64,000 nt of DNA from Bacilli bacterium (lineage in GTDB: Bacteria > Bacillota_I > Bacilli_A > RFN20 > CAG-826), in the NCBI GenBank assembly GCA_024408565.1, contig JAKSUW010000003.1, positions 2,060 to 66,059 on the forward strand. The letters are read 5' to 3'. Below are positions 21,064 through 30,135 of the stretch, one piece after another. The position numbers and the translations under genes are program-made. The first letter of the stretch is position 1; every line of letters starts with the position of its first letter. Below the pieces are notes generated by a model. That model saw only the letters and a list, made by a program, of their open reading frames with translations. It ran no database searches and had not been told where the DNA came from.

Positions 21064-22886
21064 AAAAGAAAGGCCTCTTATTCACTTCATTAAGCGTTAT
21101 CACCGCCACTTCGTGCTCTTTATTTGCGAAGCATATTTGGCATTGGGATGCTTCGACTAAAGGCGCAAATATTAACTATTGTTTATTAATTGGTCAACTT
21201 GACCATGATGATTCGATGCAACGGACGGGTGGTATTCGTGATAAACTAACGACTCGCGATTTAGCTCATACACGTTCGAACAAAAACCTCGAAAATCCAA
21301 TCATTGGTCATTTAACCTTTGGTGGAGACAAATATAAAGTTGAATATGAAGGAAAAATTTATACCGCTCCTGAAAAAGAATTTACGATTAATGAATTAGA
21401 ACACGCCGAACAAAAATCTTTGTCAGGTTCAAGTTGGGATCCAATTACTGCGAATGCGACAACGGGGACTTGGATTTCTAAACACGGCAAAAACATTACG
21501 ATGTTTGTTTCAAATAACGACGCGATGAGCGAAGGCGCTCTTAAAGCGTGTAACTGGTATCAAGGGATGCCAATCTTTGGTTATGACGCTAATACATCCG
21601 CACTTGAACTCGTGAAAGCCGGTCGTATTATGGGATCAGTTGACTCAACGACCTATGGTCAAACTTTAGCGTGCGCTATCTTAACACGTAATATTTACGA
21701 GGCGAATCGAAAGGTATATTCAAACCCAAAGGATAAAAGTGACACTAAACCCTATAGCCGTGTTGATTGGTTCTCTAATGGTTGGGGTGACCCGCTTAGT
21801 ATATATGAACCAAAAACAGGCGAAAAATATGATCCAATAAAAGAAGGATTCGTGGCTTATAAAACGGATGAAAAAGGACAAGAAGTCCAAATTGAACCAT
21901 ATTGTGGAGTTGATAATAATCGTGTTAGATATCCAAAAATTAAAAACGGCAGAGCGATTAAACTTGCCTCGTTAGGGAAAAATGGCGAAGAATATGCTTT
22001 AGCAGATGTTACTGGTCATATGCTTAGTCCAATTAACTATGATGAGGACTCGCACGGGGTGCTTTTAAGAAATCGCGCAGTAACAGTGGAAGAAATTAAT
22101 TCAGGCGGCTATAACGATTTCACATCTATTTCGGTTGATCAATTCTTTAAAGAAGACGGGAAAACACCATTAAATTATCCGGAAATTTACGATAAATTTG
22201 AAGGATATGATGTCGAAGGAAAAGATAAAGATCAACGAATAATTTTTAGTGATAAGAACGCTTTAGACCCATTATATACGTGGCAATCTTGGGGGATTGG
22301 TTCAGACCCATATTTCAAGACCAATATGAACCTTCATTTTAATACGGTATTTGGTGGAAGAGACGCACTAGGTAGTCCAGTGCCGAGTGATTATCAAAAA
22401 TCTCACGAGAAAGACCATCCAGAAGTTGGGCGGATGTTTAACCTTACCATTTCTCCATCTGAAGGCGATGGTAATGACGAGGCTCGATTACTTAACTCTT
22501 TAGGTTCAGCGCTTTCCATCGGACCGGCTAAAGCCCCGAAAGCGTATTTAATTAATGTCATCCGTCAACCTAACGCACCTGAGTATGTGAAGAAGTTTGA
22601 GACTGCTCCTGGCTGGGATATTAAACCTCATGATAATTGGAATGAACGGAGTGGCATTCCCATTATCTTCTGGAACCGTCGTCCTGGGAACGAAAATGCA
22701 GTTCCATTTGGTCAAGATAAAGACGATCCAAACTATCTCTTTATGAAAGATAATAAGTATTTTAAATATGTTTATTATGTTGGCTTTGACCCAGAACAAG
22801 GTGGGAAATTACAAGGTTCGCTGATTGTCGATTGGCTAAACCGTAAATACATTGTTGAAGAAGGAAAACCCGTATCGGAGGAGTAA
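21060..22886 (+). CDS. sugar ABC transporter substrate-binding lipoprotein, paralog of 19477..21063
   Basis: Lipobox ATSCS. Blocks are collinear with the preceding ORF (EHAEQKSLSGSSWDPITAN, VSNNDAMSEGA, FGYDAN, YFKYVYYVG). It has a 4-nt start/stop overlap with that ORF. 608 aa. Confidence 0.7.
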   Translation: MKKKGLLFTSLSVITATSCSLFAKHIWHWDASTKGANINYCLLIGQLDHDDSMQRTGGIRDKLTTRDLAHTRSNKNLENPIIGHLTFGGDKYKVEYEGKIYTAPEKEFTINELEHAEQKSLSGSSWDPITANATTGTWISKHGKNITMFVSNNDAMSEGALKACNWYQGMPIFGYDANTSALELVKAGRIMGSVDSTTYGQTLACAILTRNIYEANRKVYSNPKDKSDTKPYSRVDWFSNGWGDPLSIYEPKTGEKYDPIKEGFVAYKTDEKGQEVQIEPYCGVDNNRVRYPKIKNGRAIKLASLGKNGEEYALADVTGHMLSPINYDEDSHGVLLRNRAVTVEEINSGGYNDFTSISVDQFFKEDGKTPLNYPEIYDKFEGYDVEGKDKDQRIIFSDKNALDPLYTWQSWGIGSDPYFKTNMNLHFNTVFGGRDALGSPVPSDYQKSHEKDHPEVGRMFNLTISPSEGDGNDEARLLNSLGSALSIGPAKAPKAYLINVIRQPNAPEYVKKFETAPGWDIKPHDNWNERSGIPIIFWNRRPGNENAVPFGQDKDDPNYLFMKDNKYFKYVYYVGFDPEQGGKLQGSLIVDWLNRKYIVEEGKPVSEE

Positions 22887-22892
22887 AGTAAT

Positions 22893-24401
22893 ATGGCAGA
22901 TGAAAAGAAAAGCGATTATATCCTAGAGATTGTTCACTTATCCAAATCATTTGGTAAAAACCAAGTGTTAAAAGAAGTGAACGTGCGGATTAAACGTGGT
23001 ACGGTCATGGGTTTGATGGGCGAAAATGGCGCGGGTAAATCCACCATGATGAAATGTCTTTTTGGGATGTATGCACGTGATACTGGCACCATTCGTTTAG
23101 ATGGAAAAGCGGTGGACTTTAAATCGAGTAGAGAGGCCCTAGAAAACGGGGTTGCGATGGTGCACCAAGAATTAAACCAATGCTTAAATCGGACCATCCA
23201 AGATAATATGTTTTTAGGTCGCTACTACACAAGTTATGGTGTGATTAACGAAAAGTCGATGTATAAGAAATGTCTAGAGATGTTCCATCGGCTGGATATG
23301 AACTTTAACCCCAAGACCCCAATTGCCTCCTTAAGCGTTTCTCAACGCCAAATGGTGGAAATTGCGAAAGCCGTTTCTTATAACGCGAAAGTTATCGTGC
23401 TTGATGAACCAACTTCATCCTTATCCGAAGTTGAAACCAAGAAACTCTTTAAGATTATTCGTTCCTTAAAGAAACAAGGTATTAGCTTTGTCTTCATCTC
23501 TCACAAGATGAACGAAATCTTTGAGATTTGCGATAACATTGTTGTCCTTCGTGATGGAGAAGTGACGCTTGATAAACCAATCCCGGATACGAACTTAGAC
23601 GAAATCGTCCAAGCCATGATTGGTCGGAGTCTATCAAGTCGTTTCCCACCTCTTACTAATAAGCCAGGTGATGTAGTCTTAAGCGTGACCGCACTCGAAA
23701 CCAAATATCGCCCTCATTTAACCGATATCGACTTTAATTTACGGAAAGGGGAAATCCTGGGTATTTATGGTCTAGTTGGTGCGGGCCGGAGTGAATTACT
23801 TGAATGTTTATTCGGGTGCCGGACGGTAAGCCAAGGTGCGATTCGTTATAAAGGTAAGCGGGTCTTATTTACTTCGCCACAAGAAGCGATGAAACATAAC
23901 TTTGCGTTTGTGACCGAAGAAAGAAAAGTTTCTGGTATGTTCCCCAATGCCTCTTTAACCTTTAATACTTGTATTACTAACCTTAATAAATATAAAGCGA
24001 AGTTTGCCTTAGTGAATAGCAAGATGAACAAGGCAACCGACCGTCAAATCAAACAAATGCACGTCAAATGTAATAACCGCGATGATAAGATTATGGCCTT
24101 ATCTGGTGGTAACCAACAAAAGGTTATCGTCGCGAAGTGGCTAGAAAGATCACCCGACGTGTTCTTAATGGATGAACCAACCCGTGGTATTGATATCATG
24201 GCTAAATACCAAATCTATCAATTAATGATTGATCTAGCGAAGCAAGGTAAGTCAATCATCATGGTGAGTAGTGAAATGCCTGAGATTTTAGGTGTCACTA
24301 ACCGAATCGTAGTCATGAGTAACTACCACATTGCTGGTGAATTAGAAACGAAAACCGCTACACAAGAGCAGATTATGCGTCTTTGTGCGAAATATCTATA
24401 A
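22893..24401 (+). CDS. sugar ABC transporter ATP-binding protein (duplicated cassette, MglA/XylG/RbsA type)
   Basis: Two cassettes: GENGAGKST with LDEPTSSL, and GLVGAGRSEL with LSGGNQQK and MDEPTRGID. Confidence 0.9.
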   Translation: MADEKKSDYILEIVHLSKSFGKNQVLKEVNVRIKRGTVMGLMGENGAGKSTMMKCLFGMYARDTGTIRLDGKAVDFKSSREALENGVAMVHQELNQCLNRTIQDNMFLGRYYTSYGVINEKSMYKKCLEMFHRLDMNFNPKTPIASLSVSQRQMVEIAKAVSYNAKVIVLDEPTSSLSEVETKKLFKIIRSLKKQGISFVFISHKMNEIFEICDNIVVLRDGEVTLDKPIPDTNLDEIVQAMIGRSLSSRFPPLTNKPGDVVLSVTALETKYRPHLTDIDFNLRKGEILGIYGLVGAGRSELLECLFGCRTVSQGAIRYKGKRVLFTSPQEAMKHNFAFVTEERKVSGMFPNASLTFNTCITNLNKYKAKFALVNSKMNKATDRQIKQMHVKCNNRDDKIMALSGGNQQKVIVAKWLERSPDVFLMDEPTRGIDIMAKYQIYQLMIDLAKQGKSIIMVSSEMPEILGVTNRIVVMSNYHIAGELETKTATQEQIMRLCAKYL

Positions 24402-24418
24402 TTTAAAGGAGAATAGTT

Positions 24419-26380
24419 ATGGCAGCGAAAAAGAAAAAAGTTAGTAAGCCCGTCGCGAAAAAAGTGACGGCAGCGCCAAAACCAGTGGTGAACGCTGAAG
24501 TCGCCTCTTACGTGAGTAAGAACGCTCGGTATGTCGCCGAAGTTATGAAGTGGCGCAAAACTGACATCACCGAGGCGTTTAAGATTGAAGACCAAATCGC
24601 CGCGCTTAAGCATGACGCCAGTAAAGCAGAACAAGTTAAGGAATTAACAGCGGCTTTACATAAAGCCTATGCGGATGCGAAAGTAAGTCGAAACGAGATC
24701 AAGAAAATCGTGAAAGACGCCATCGCACATAAGTATTATGATTTAAAGACTTGTTTCTCCTACGAGCAAATTAAGTATAGTGCCTATCTTGACCGCTTAA
24801 ATGTGTTACGGGAAAATGGTGAAAACAAAGTGATTGCTCTCCGGAGCGAAATTCGTGATATCTTACTTAATTCCCAAATTGATAAGGAAACGAAGAAATC
24901 ACTTATCGCGACTAACCGTAAGCAATTAGAAGCCGCGAAAAAGATTGCGAAGAAAAACCACGAAGAAGTCGCACGCATTGTCCGTCAAGCGATGAGAACG
25001 AGTCGCGAAGATTTCGCGAATTACTTTAAGATTGTCAAAGCCGAAAAGGCCACGAACATCATGGAAGCAAAGAAGTTCTACCATGATATGTGTAGTACCT
25101 TAGCGAATAACCATGAAGCTCGGTTAAAGAAACTTAGAGAAAAGACCGGTGTCGACAAGAAAGAAAAGGCGATTGACTTACGTGCCGAAAACGTCGCCCA
25201 CGCGAGCCGGATTAACGAAGCGAAAGTGGCGTATCGTGAAGCTAGCGATACCGCTAAACAATATAAATATAACGTGTTTATGAATAAATACGGTTATACC
25301 GGTAAAGTGAAAAACGATCATCACCCCATCGCTGAATGGTTACAGTTTAAGTATGAACACTACATCGCGAACTTTAACCTCATGAACTGGTTATTAAAGA
25401 ACGCGCTTTATGTCATTATCATTTTAGTCTTTGCGATTATCGCTTGCTTACCCGCCGCGCGTGAAGGTGATGGTTTATTATCACCTGGTTCAATCTTAAC
25501 TGCCCTTGTCCAGGTCGCGCCGAAGATTTTCTTCGCCCTTGGTGTTGGTGGTCTAATCTTACTTGGTGGTACTGACTTAAGTATTGGTCGACTCACCGGT
25601 GTTGGTGTTTCCTTCACCTTAATGATCTTAACCGCCAAAGTTGGTGGTTACCCAGATAACAACCAAATCGTTTGGTTTAACTTAACGGGTGCCGCTCCCG
25701 CTGTCAAAATTTTATTAGCCTTATTTATCTCGATTCTCTTCTGTACTTTATTTACGACCTTCGCTGGTTTCTTTACCGCGAAGTTTAAGATGCACCCCTT
25801 CATTTCAACCTTAGCGGTGCAATTAATCTCTTATGGTTTATTCCAATTATTCTGGAGCGCAACGAGTAGCTTTACTCCTGACGAGAACATTATTGAGGGG
25901 CTCCGAGGTCCACAGTCGATCTTACTGGTGGTATACGCGATTATCGCAATCCTCGTGGTGTGGTTTATCTGGAACAAAACACGGTTTGGTAAACATATCT
26001 ACGCGGTTGGTGGTAACCAAGAAGCCGCGACCGTTTCTGGTATTAACCCCTTCACGATTACGCTTTTAGCCTTCGTGATGGCGGGTATCTTATACGGCTT
26101 TGGTGGCTTTGTCCAAGCGGTCCAAACCGGTACCGGTAACTTTAACTCAGGTTATGGAACCGAGACCGACGCGATTGCCGCGTGCGTTATCGGTGGTATC
26201 TCCTTTAGTGGCGGTGTTGGTAAAGTCTCAGGCGCCGTCATTGGTGCGTTAATCTTAGGCTTTTTAACTCACGCCTTTGGTTATATCGGTGTTGACTCGA
26301 ACTTACACTTTCTCTTCATAGCTATTATTATCTTACTTGCGTTCGCTCTTGACTTTGTCAAATACCTCCGTAAGAAGTAA
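24419..26380 (+). CDS. sugar ABC permease (RbsC/MglC/XylH type) with an N-terminal Lys/Ala/Glu-rich extension of about 310 aa
   Basis: The C-terminal half is a polytopic permease (GGTDLSIGR block). The N-terminal half has no TM segments and is highly charged. AGGAG lies 8 nt upstream of the ATG. Confidence 0.8.
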   Translation: MAAKKKKVSKPVAKKVTAAPKPVVNAEVASYVSKNARYVAEVMKWRKTDITEAFKIEDQIAALKHDASKAEQVKELTAALHKAYADAKVSRNEIKKIVKDAIAHKYYDLKTCFSYEQIKYSAYLDRLNVLRENGENKVIALRSEIRDILLNSQIDKETKKSLIATNRKQLEAAKKIAKKNHEEVARIVRQAMRTSREDFANYFKIVKAEKATNIMEAKKFYHDMCSTLANNHEARLKKLREKTGVDKKEKAIDLRAENVAHASRINEAKVAYREASDTAKQYKYNVFMNKYGYTGKVKNDHHPIAEWLQFKYEHYIANFNLMNWLLKNALYVIIILVFAIIACLPAAREGDGLLSPGSILTALVQVAPKIFFALGVGGLILLGGTDLSIGRLTGVGVSFTLMILTAKVGGYPDNNQIVWFNLTGAAPAVKILLALFISILFCTLFTTFAGFFTAKFKMHPFISTLAVQLISYGLFQLFWSATSSFTPDENIIEGLRGPQSILLVVYAIIAILVVWFIWNKTRFGKHIYAVGGNQEAATVSGINPFTITLLAFVMAGILYGFGGFVQAVQTGTGNFNSGYGTETDAIAACVIGGISFSGGVGKVSGAVIGALILGFLTHAFGYIGVDSNLHFLFIAIIILLAFALDFVKYLRKK

Positions 26381-26399
26381 TTAATCATTTAAAAACAAA

Positions 26400-26427
26400 A
26401 GAAGTGGGGCTCCCACTTCTTTTTTTA
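26400..26427. terminator. bidirectional intrinsic terminator
   Basis: AGAAGTGGG-GCT-CCCACTTCT (9-bp stem) is flanked by an A-run upstream and T7 downstream. It sits between convergent genes. Confidence 0.8.
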
Positions 26428-26428
26428 T

Positions 26429-27349
26429 CTATAAGGTTTCTAGTTTATTAGCAAGATCGAGACTCACCGTAACACCTTGTTTAATGGTGCCTAGATCAAT
26501 CATTACAATGTTAATCGGATAGCCAAGAAGGACGTTACCGCCACTAGTGAGCTTTTGGTCAATCTCGAAATGGAATGAACGTAAGACATTTTTAAACATT
26601 GGATAAGAGAAAAGACGAATACCCACACTTGATTTAACTTGGTCTTGGATATATTCATCGTAGATTGAAATACCATGGTTAATACCGGAAATAATACCTA
26701 AGAATTCTCTAGGGTGACCTAGAACAATATCGGTATCACATTTTAAGAGATTTTGTCCTTCGATTTCACCCCGGTAATTTTTGTTGTTCTTAAATAAAGC
26801 GCAAAGCGGGTTATCGTAATTTTGGCTATAAGTTAATAACTTAAATTCGGGATTTTCTTTATGGAAACTCTTCTTCATATATTGACTCATCAGCGCAAGA
26901 TAGTTTTGGTAATCTTTATTCGTAGGCGTGTCGTTATAACCTAAATCACCAATACAAGTGACCCGGTGGGTTTTATAGTTAGCGAAAGTCGCCATAATTA
27001 AAGGCGAAGTAACGGTGGGTTTTAAGAACTTTTTCACCGCGCTTACCACGGCTGGTTTATCAGTGTAGGTAACAAAGCCCGTAAAGTCTTTATCTTCATC
27101 AAGAAGCGTTAACGCAAAAGCGAGGGAACGGTCTTTTATCTGGGCGTATTTCTTATCGGTTTTTTTCGCAAAGAGCGAAAAGGAATAAATATTTACTTGT
27201 TTATGATCTTTAATGGTTAATAAATCACTTTGTTCACCAATAATGGTGATAATCGCGTTCTTGTTTTTATTTAAGAAAATCTTAATCCCTTGGACCGCGG
27301 CTTTGGTATCACGACCTAAGGGGACTAAATCAATTAGTATTTTACTCAT
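26429..27349 (-). CDS. PlsX-like protein with a degenerate N-terminal motif
   Basis: Collinear with PlsX: KILIDLVPLGRD vs IAVDAMGGDHAP, DLGYNDT vs DVGANVD, SGGNVLLGYP vs YGGA.LLG. The GGD motif is lost. Confidence 0.5.
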   Translation of the reverse strand: MSKILIDLVPLGRDTKAAVQGIKIFLNKNKNAIITIIGEQSDLLTIKDHKQVNIYSFSLFAKKTDKKYAQIKDRSLAFALTLLDEDKDFTGFVTYTDKPAVVSAVKKFLKPTVTSPLIMATFANYKTHRVTCIGDLGYNDTPTNKDYQNYLALMSQYMKKSFHKENPEFKLLTYSQNYDNPLCALFKNNKNYRGEIEGQNLLKCDTDIVLGHPREFLGIISGINHGISIYDEYIQDQVKSSVGIRLFSYPMFKNVLRSFHFEIDQKLTSGGNVLLGYPINIVMIDLGTIKQGVTVSLDLANKLETL

Positions 27350-27355
27350 GTGTTT

Positions 27356-27365
27356 ATTATATAAT
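27356..27365. promoter_or_regulatory. shared divergent -10 region (ATTATATAAT) for two apparently leaderless genes
   Basis: Plus strand: TATAAT 27360-27365, then 6 nt, then ATG at 27372. Minus strand: TATAAT 27361-27356, then 6 nt, then ATG at 27349. The whole intergenic gap is 22 nt and contains no Shine-Dalgarno. Confidence 0.5.
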
Positions 27366-27371
27366 TAAAGC

Positions 27372-27947
27372 ATGCTAAAGCAGAAAAAGTTTTTATCCTT
27401 ATTGCTCTTTTTACCGGTTTTTTCTCTTTTTGCTTGTACGAAAGTAAAAGAAGATTACAAGGTTGTTACCGACCAAGCGAAGGTTAAAGATCATTTAGTG
27501 GTGGAGGGTACTTTAAAAGAGAAGACCTACGAAACTAAAGACGCTCATCCACTAAACCTTGATGGTTTAACGGTCACAATCGATGGTAATCCCCAAGACT
27601 TAACCCATAAGCGTATTACCAGTAAGAAAGATGTTTTAGAATCCGGCTTCTTTGTATGTAGCAATAAAGATTTTCCCACTAATTCAATTATTGGATTAAA
27701 TGACAAGCCATCAACGAATGTTGAAAAGTCCGATTTTACTTTTTATATCGCTACTACTTTAAAAGATAAGAACGATTCATATACAGTTTACGTTTATGAA
27801 TCCGATGAGCTTAAAGTGACGATTACGAATGCTAACGCGATTAAACCATGGGTGTGGTACGTTGTGACCGCGGTCGTTATCTTTGGTATCGTTGCTATGG
27901 TGACCTTTACCCGTCGCTATAAAGCGAAAAAAGAAGGCAAAATATAA
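27372..27947 (+). CDS. hypothetical lipoprotein with a C-terminal TM anchor
   Basis: Lipobox SLFACT, and a C-terminal hydrophobic helix followed by RRYKAKKEGK. Confidence 0.6.
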   Translation: MLKQKKFLSLLLFLPVFSLFACTKVKEDYKVVTDQAKVKDHLVVEGTLKEKTYETKDAHPLNLDGLTVTIDGNPQDLTHKRITSKKDVLESGFFVCSNKDFPTNSIIGLNDKPSTNVEKSDFTFYIATTLKDKNDSYTVYVYESDELKVTITNANAIKPWVWYVVTAVVIFGIVAMVTFTRRYKAKKEGKI

Positions 27948-27953
27948 TCTTAA

Positions 27954-28718
27954 TTATTTATGTATTACTTTTAGAGCGAGACGCGCCATGATTTTTTGAC
28001 CTGGATTAATTAACTTAATGGTGAAATACGCCACTAACGCAATCGCGTAGCCAACAAAGATATCAAGGACATAATGTTGCTTTGTAAAGACGGTAGATAG
28101 GGAAATTAAGATAACCATAATAAGGGTATAAACACGGAAGGAGAAAGATATTTCTTTCCGTTTGGCAATTGCTAAATACATATAAAGACTTGTTAAACAA
28201 TGAAACGATGGTAAGAGATTATAATTTCGTGCACCGCCATCACTACCATAGATAAGTCCAAGTAACCAATATAAGAATCCGCCGCGCGAACCAATATCAA
28301 TTAATCCTTCGGCATTTCGGTCCATGTAAGTTGGGGCAGCAGTTAAAATAATTCCGCCGATTAATATAGCGCAGATATAACCAATCACAAAATTAAGGTA
28401 GTTTTCCTTTTTGGTTAATGAAATGGCAACAGGCCCCATAATCCAAAAAGGATAAGAATAAACATAAATTAAAACGAAGAACGGGACGAGTGGGATTGCA
28501 TCATCAAAGGGGATTTTAGGGATATACGCCCAAGCAATCGTCCCACTAGCGTGAGCGATCGCGTCCGCTAAACGATAGGTCCCATATTGTAAACAAATTA
28601 AGATGACGCCCGATGCCCATCCCCACCAAGGGATTGATTTAATGACTTTCCATCGTTTTGCCCAAAAAACTTTTAGTTTTTGTTTAAAAGTTATTGGGTG
28701 ATCTTGGGTCTTTTCCAT
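27954..28718 (-). CDS. PAP2-superfamily membrane protein (PAP2_C / AUR1- or sphingomyelin-synthase-like)
   Basis: Polytopic protein. PSFHC (PSGH-like) and KQHYVLDIFVGY (Hx3D) occur in the last helices. Confidence 0.5.
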   Translation of the reverse strand: MEKTQDHPITFKQKLKVFWAKRWKVIKSIPWWGWASGVILICLQYGTYRLADAIAHASGTIAWAYIPKIPFDDAIPLVPFFVLIYVYSYPFWIMGPVAISLTKKENYLNFVIGYICAILIGGIILTAAPTYMDRNAEGLIDIGSRGGFLYWLLGLIYGSDGGARNYNLLPSFHCLTSLYMYLAIAKRKEISFSFRVYTLIMVILISLSTVFTKQHYVLDIFVGYAIALVAYFTIKLINPGQKIMARLALKVIHK

Positions 28719-28813
28719 GTAAATATATTACTTCCATATTCATTTTATTGCATTAAAACGCTCGATGTATTATATTTATTAAGCACGTTTTATACACTAA
28801 AACGAATGTTACT

Positions 28814-28890
28814 GGGCCATTAGCTCAACTGGTTAGAGCATTCGCTTGATAAGCGAAAGGTTGATAGTTCAAGTCTATTATGGCCCACCA
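28814..28890 (+). tRNA. tRNA-Ile (anticodon GAT)
   Basis: GGGCCAT...TTCGC-TTGATAA-GCGAA...ATGGCCC-A-CCA. Perfect acceptor stem. Confidence 0.9.
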
Positions 28891-28901
28891 CAATAAAGAC
28901 T

Positions 28902-28977
28902 GGGCACATAGTTCAGCTGGGAGAACGTTTCCTTCACACGGAAGAGGTCACAGGTTCGAGCCCTGTTGCGCCCACCA
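28902..28977 (+). tRNA. tRNA-Val (anticodon CAC)
   Basis: GGGCACA...TTTCC-TTCACAC-GGAAG...TGCGCCC-A-CCA. There is one A:C mismatch at acceptor pair 5:68. Confidence 0.8.
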
Positions 28978-28983
28978 ATTTAA

Positions 28984-29059
28984 GCCGACTTAGCTCAATT
29001 GGTAGAGCAACTGATTTGTAATCAGTAGGTTGGCGGTTCGAGTCCGTTAGTCGGCACCA
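28984..29059 (+). tRNA. tRNA-Thr (anticodon TGT)
   Basis: GCCGACT...ACTGA-TTTGTAA-TCAGT...AGTCGGC-A-CCA. Perfect acceptor stem. Confidence 0.9.
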
Positions 29060-29073
29060 GTTAATATATTCTT

Positions 29074-29095
29074 TCCCACAGAAGTGGGATTTTTT
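29074..29095 (+). terminator. intrinsic terminator of the tRNA cluster
   Basis: TCCCAC-AGAA-GTGGGA followed by T6. Confidence 0.75.
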
Positions 29096-29126
29096 ATTTA
29101 TGAAATAAATAATGTATAATGAAACT

Positions 29127-30026
29127 ATGAAAAAGATAATGTTTGTTATGCCATTAATGGTAGTGTCTCTTTTAGCGAACTGCAATAATAAGAAGCAATG
29201 GTATCAAGATAGTAATTTCATTAATTCGCTAACGAAAGACGATGTTGGTTTAGAAAAAGAAGTGGAAGTTAATGGTTTAAAACATAAGGTAAGATTAATT
29301 GATGTTGATCACGATAATTTGACTGATAAAAGTGGTAAGGCTCATACTACTTGGGAATTCGCTAATTTGATTAGTGATAAAAATGGTTATTCTTTAGCGA
29401 CGGTTTGGAATTTTGAAAAGGGTACTAGTTCTAATAATTATGATTTTTTAAATTCTAATTTGCGCAAAGCCATTGATGGCGGTGGTAATGCCCAACTTTG
29501 TTGGTACCGAAAAGATGAAACCAAAGCCACACAAGATAGCGAGTATAAAAATAAATCAGTGTTAGATATGCTTCCTAGCGATTTAAAGGCGGTGCTTAAA
29601 GAAGTAGTAAAAGAAATTGCTGTTGGTAATAATTATGAAGTTAGGACATACAACACAAAGTTATTTCCTTTATCATACCAAGAAATGATAGATACAATTC
29701 CTGAAGGAACTGCTGTTGCTAAAGAAGGATTTACCTATAAGTTTTATCAAGGCGATGATGTCTCTAATAAACGCATCAAATGGCAAATTAAGCATCATGA
29801 TGGCGCATCAATTAAATCAACTAAGATTGAAGAAAAAGATTGGGATTTAGAAAACTATGCAGGAGTAAATATGGAGAGTGACCCTTCTGGTGGTTATTCG
29901 TTTACTAGATCGCCTCACACAGGCGGCACTGGAAATGTTATGCATTACATAACTAATGTTGGTGAATTTAATAGTAGTCAAATTTATGGTTATGCTAATA
30001 GCGTAGCCCCCGCTTTCTGCATTTAA
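29127..30026 (+). CDS. hypothetical lipoprotein (single-gene cassette)
   Basis: Signal peptide MKKIMFVMPLMVVSLLANC. I prefer the ATG at 29127 because the ATG at 29112 lies inside the TATAAT box (29115-29120), which sits 6 nt before 29127. Confidence 0.65.
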   Translation: MKKIMFVMPLMVVSLLANCNNKKQWYQDSNFINSLTKDDVGLEKEVEVNGLKHKVRLIDVDHDNLTDKSGKAHTTWEFANLISDKNGYSLATVWNFEKGTSSNNYDFLNSNLRKAIDGGGNAQLCWYRKDETKATQDSEYKNKSVLDMLPSDLKAVLKEVVKEIAVGNNYEVRTYNTKLFPLSYQEMIDTIPEGTAVAKEGFTYKFYQGDDVSNKRIKWQIKHHDGASIKSTKIEEKDWDLENYAGVNMESDPSGGYSFTRSPHTGGTGNVMHYITNVGEFNSSQIYGYANSVAPAFCI

Positions 30027-30055
30027 TTATTATTAAAAGTATAGTATTTTATAAA

Positions 30056-30112
30056 TGTTGCGCCTTTCCGTTAGTCGGCATTCTTTCCCACACAGGCGGC
30101 ATTTTTTATTTA
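30056..30112 (+). repeat. decayed copy of the tRNA-Val 3' end, tRNA-Thr 3' end and terminator/promoter leader
   Basis: TGTTGCGCC (30056-64) equals 28964-72. TCCGTTAGTCGGCA (30067-80) equals 29043-56. TTCTTTCCCACA (30081-92) equals 29069-80. ATTTTTTATTTA (30101-12) equals 29089-100. Confidence 0.75.
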
Positions 30113-30135
30113 AATAAAAGATATATAATTAAATT

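Noticed and set aside
28934-29185. An 83-aa minus-strand ORF across tRNA-Val and tRNA-Thr
   Set aside because: It is antisense to two tRNA genes and a terminator, so it is an artefact.
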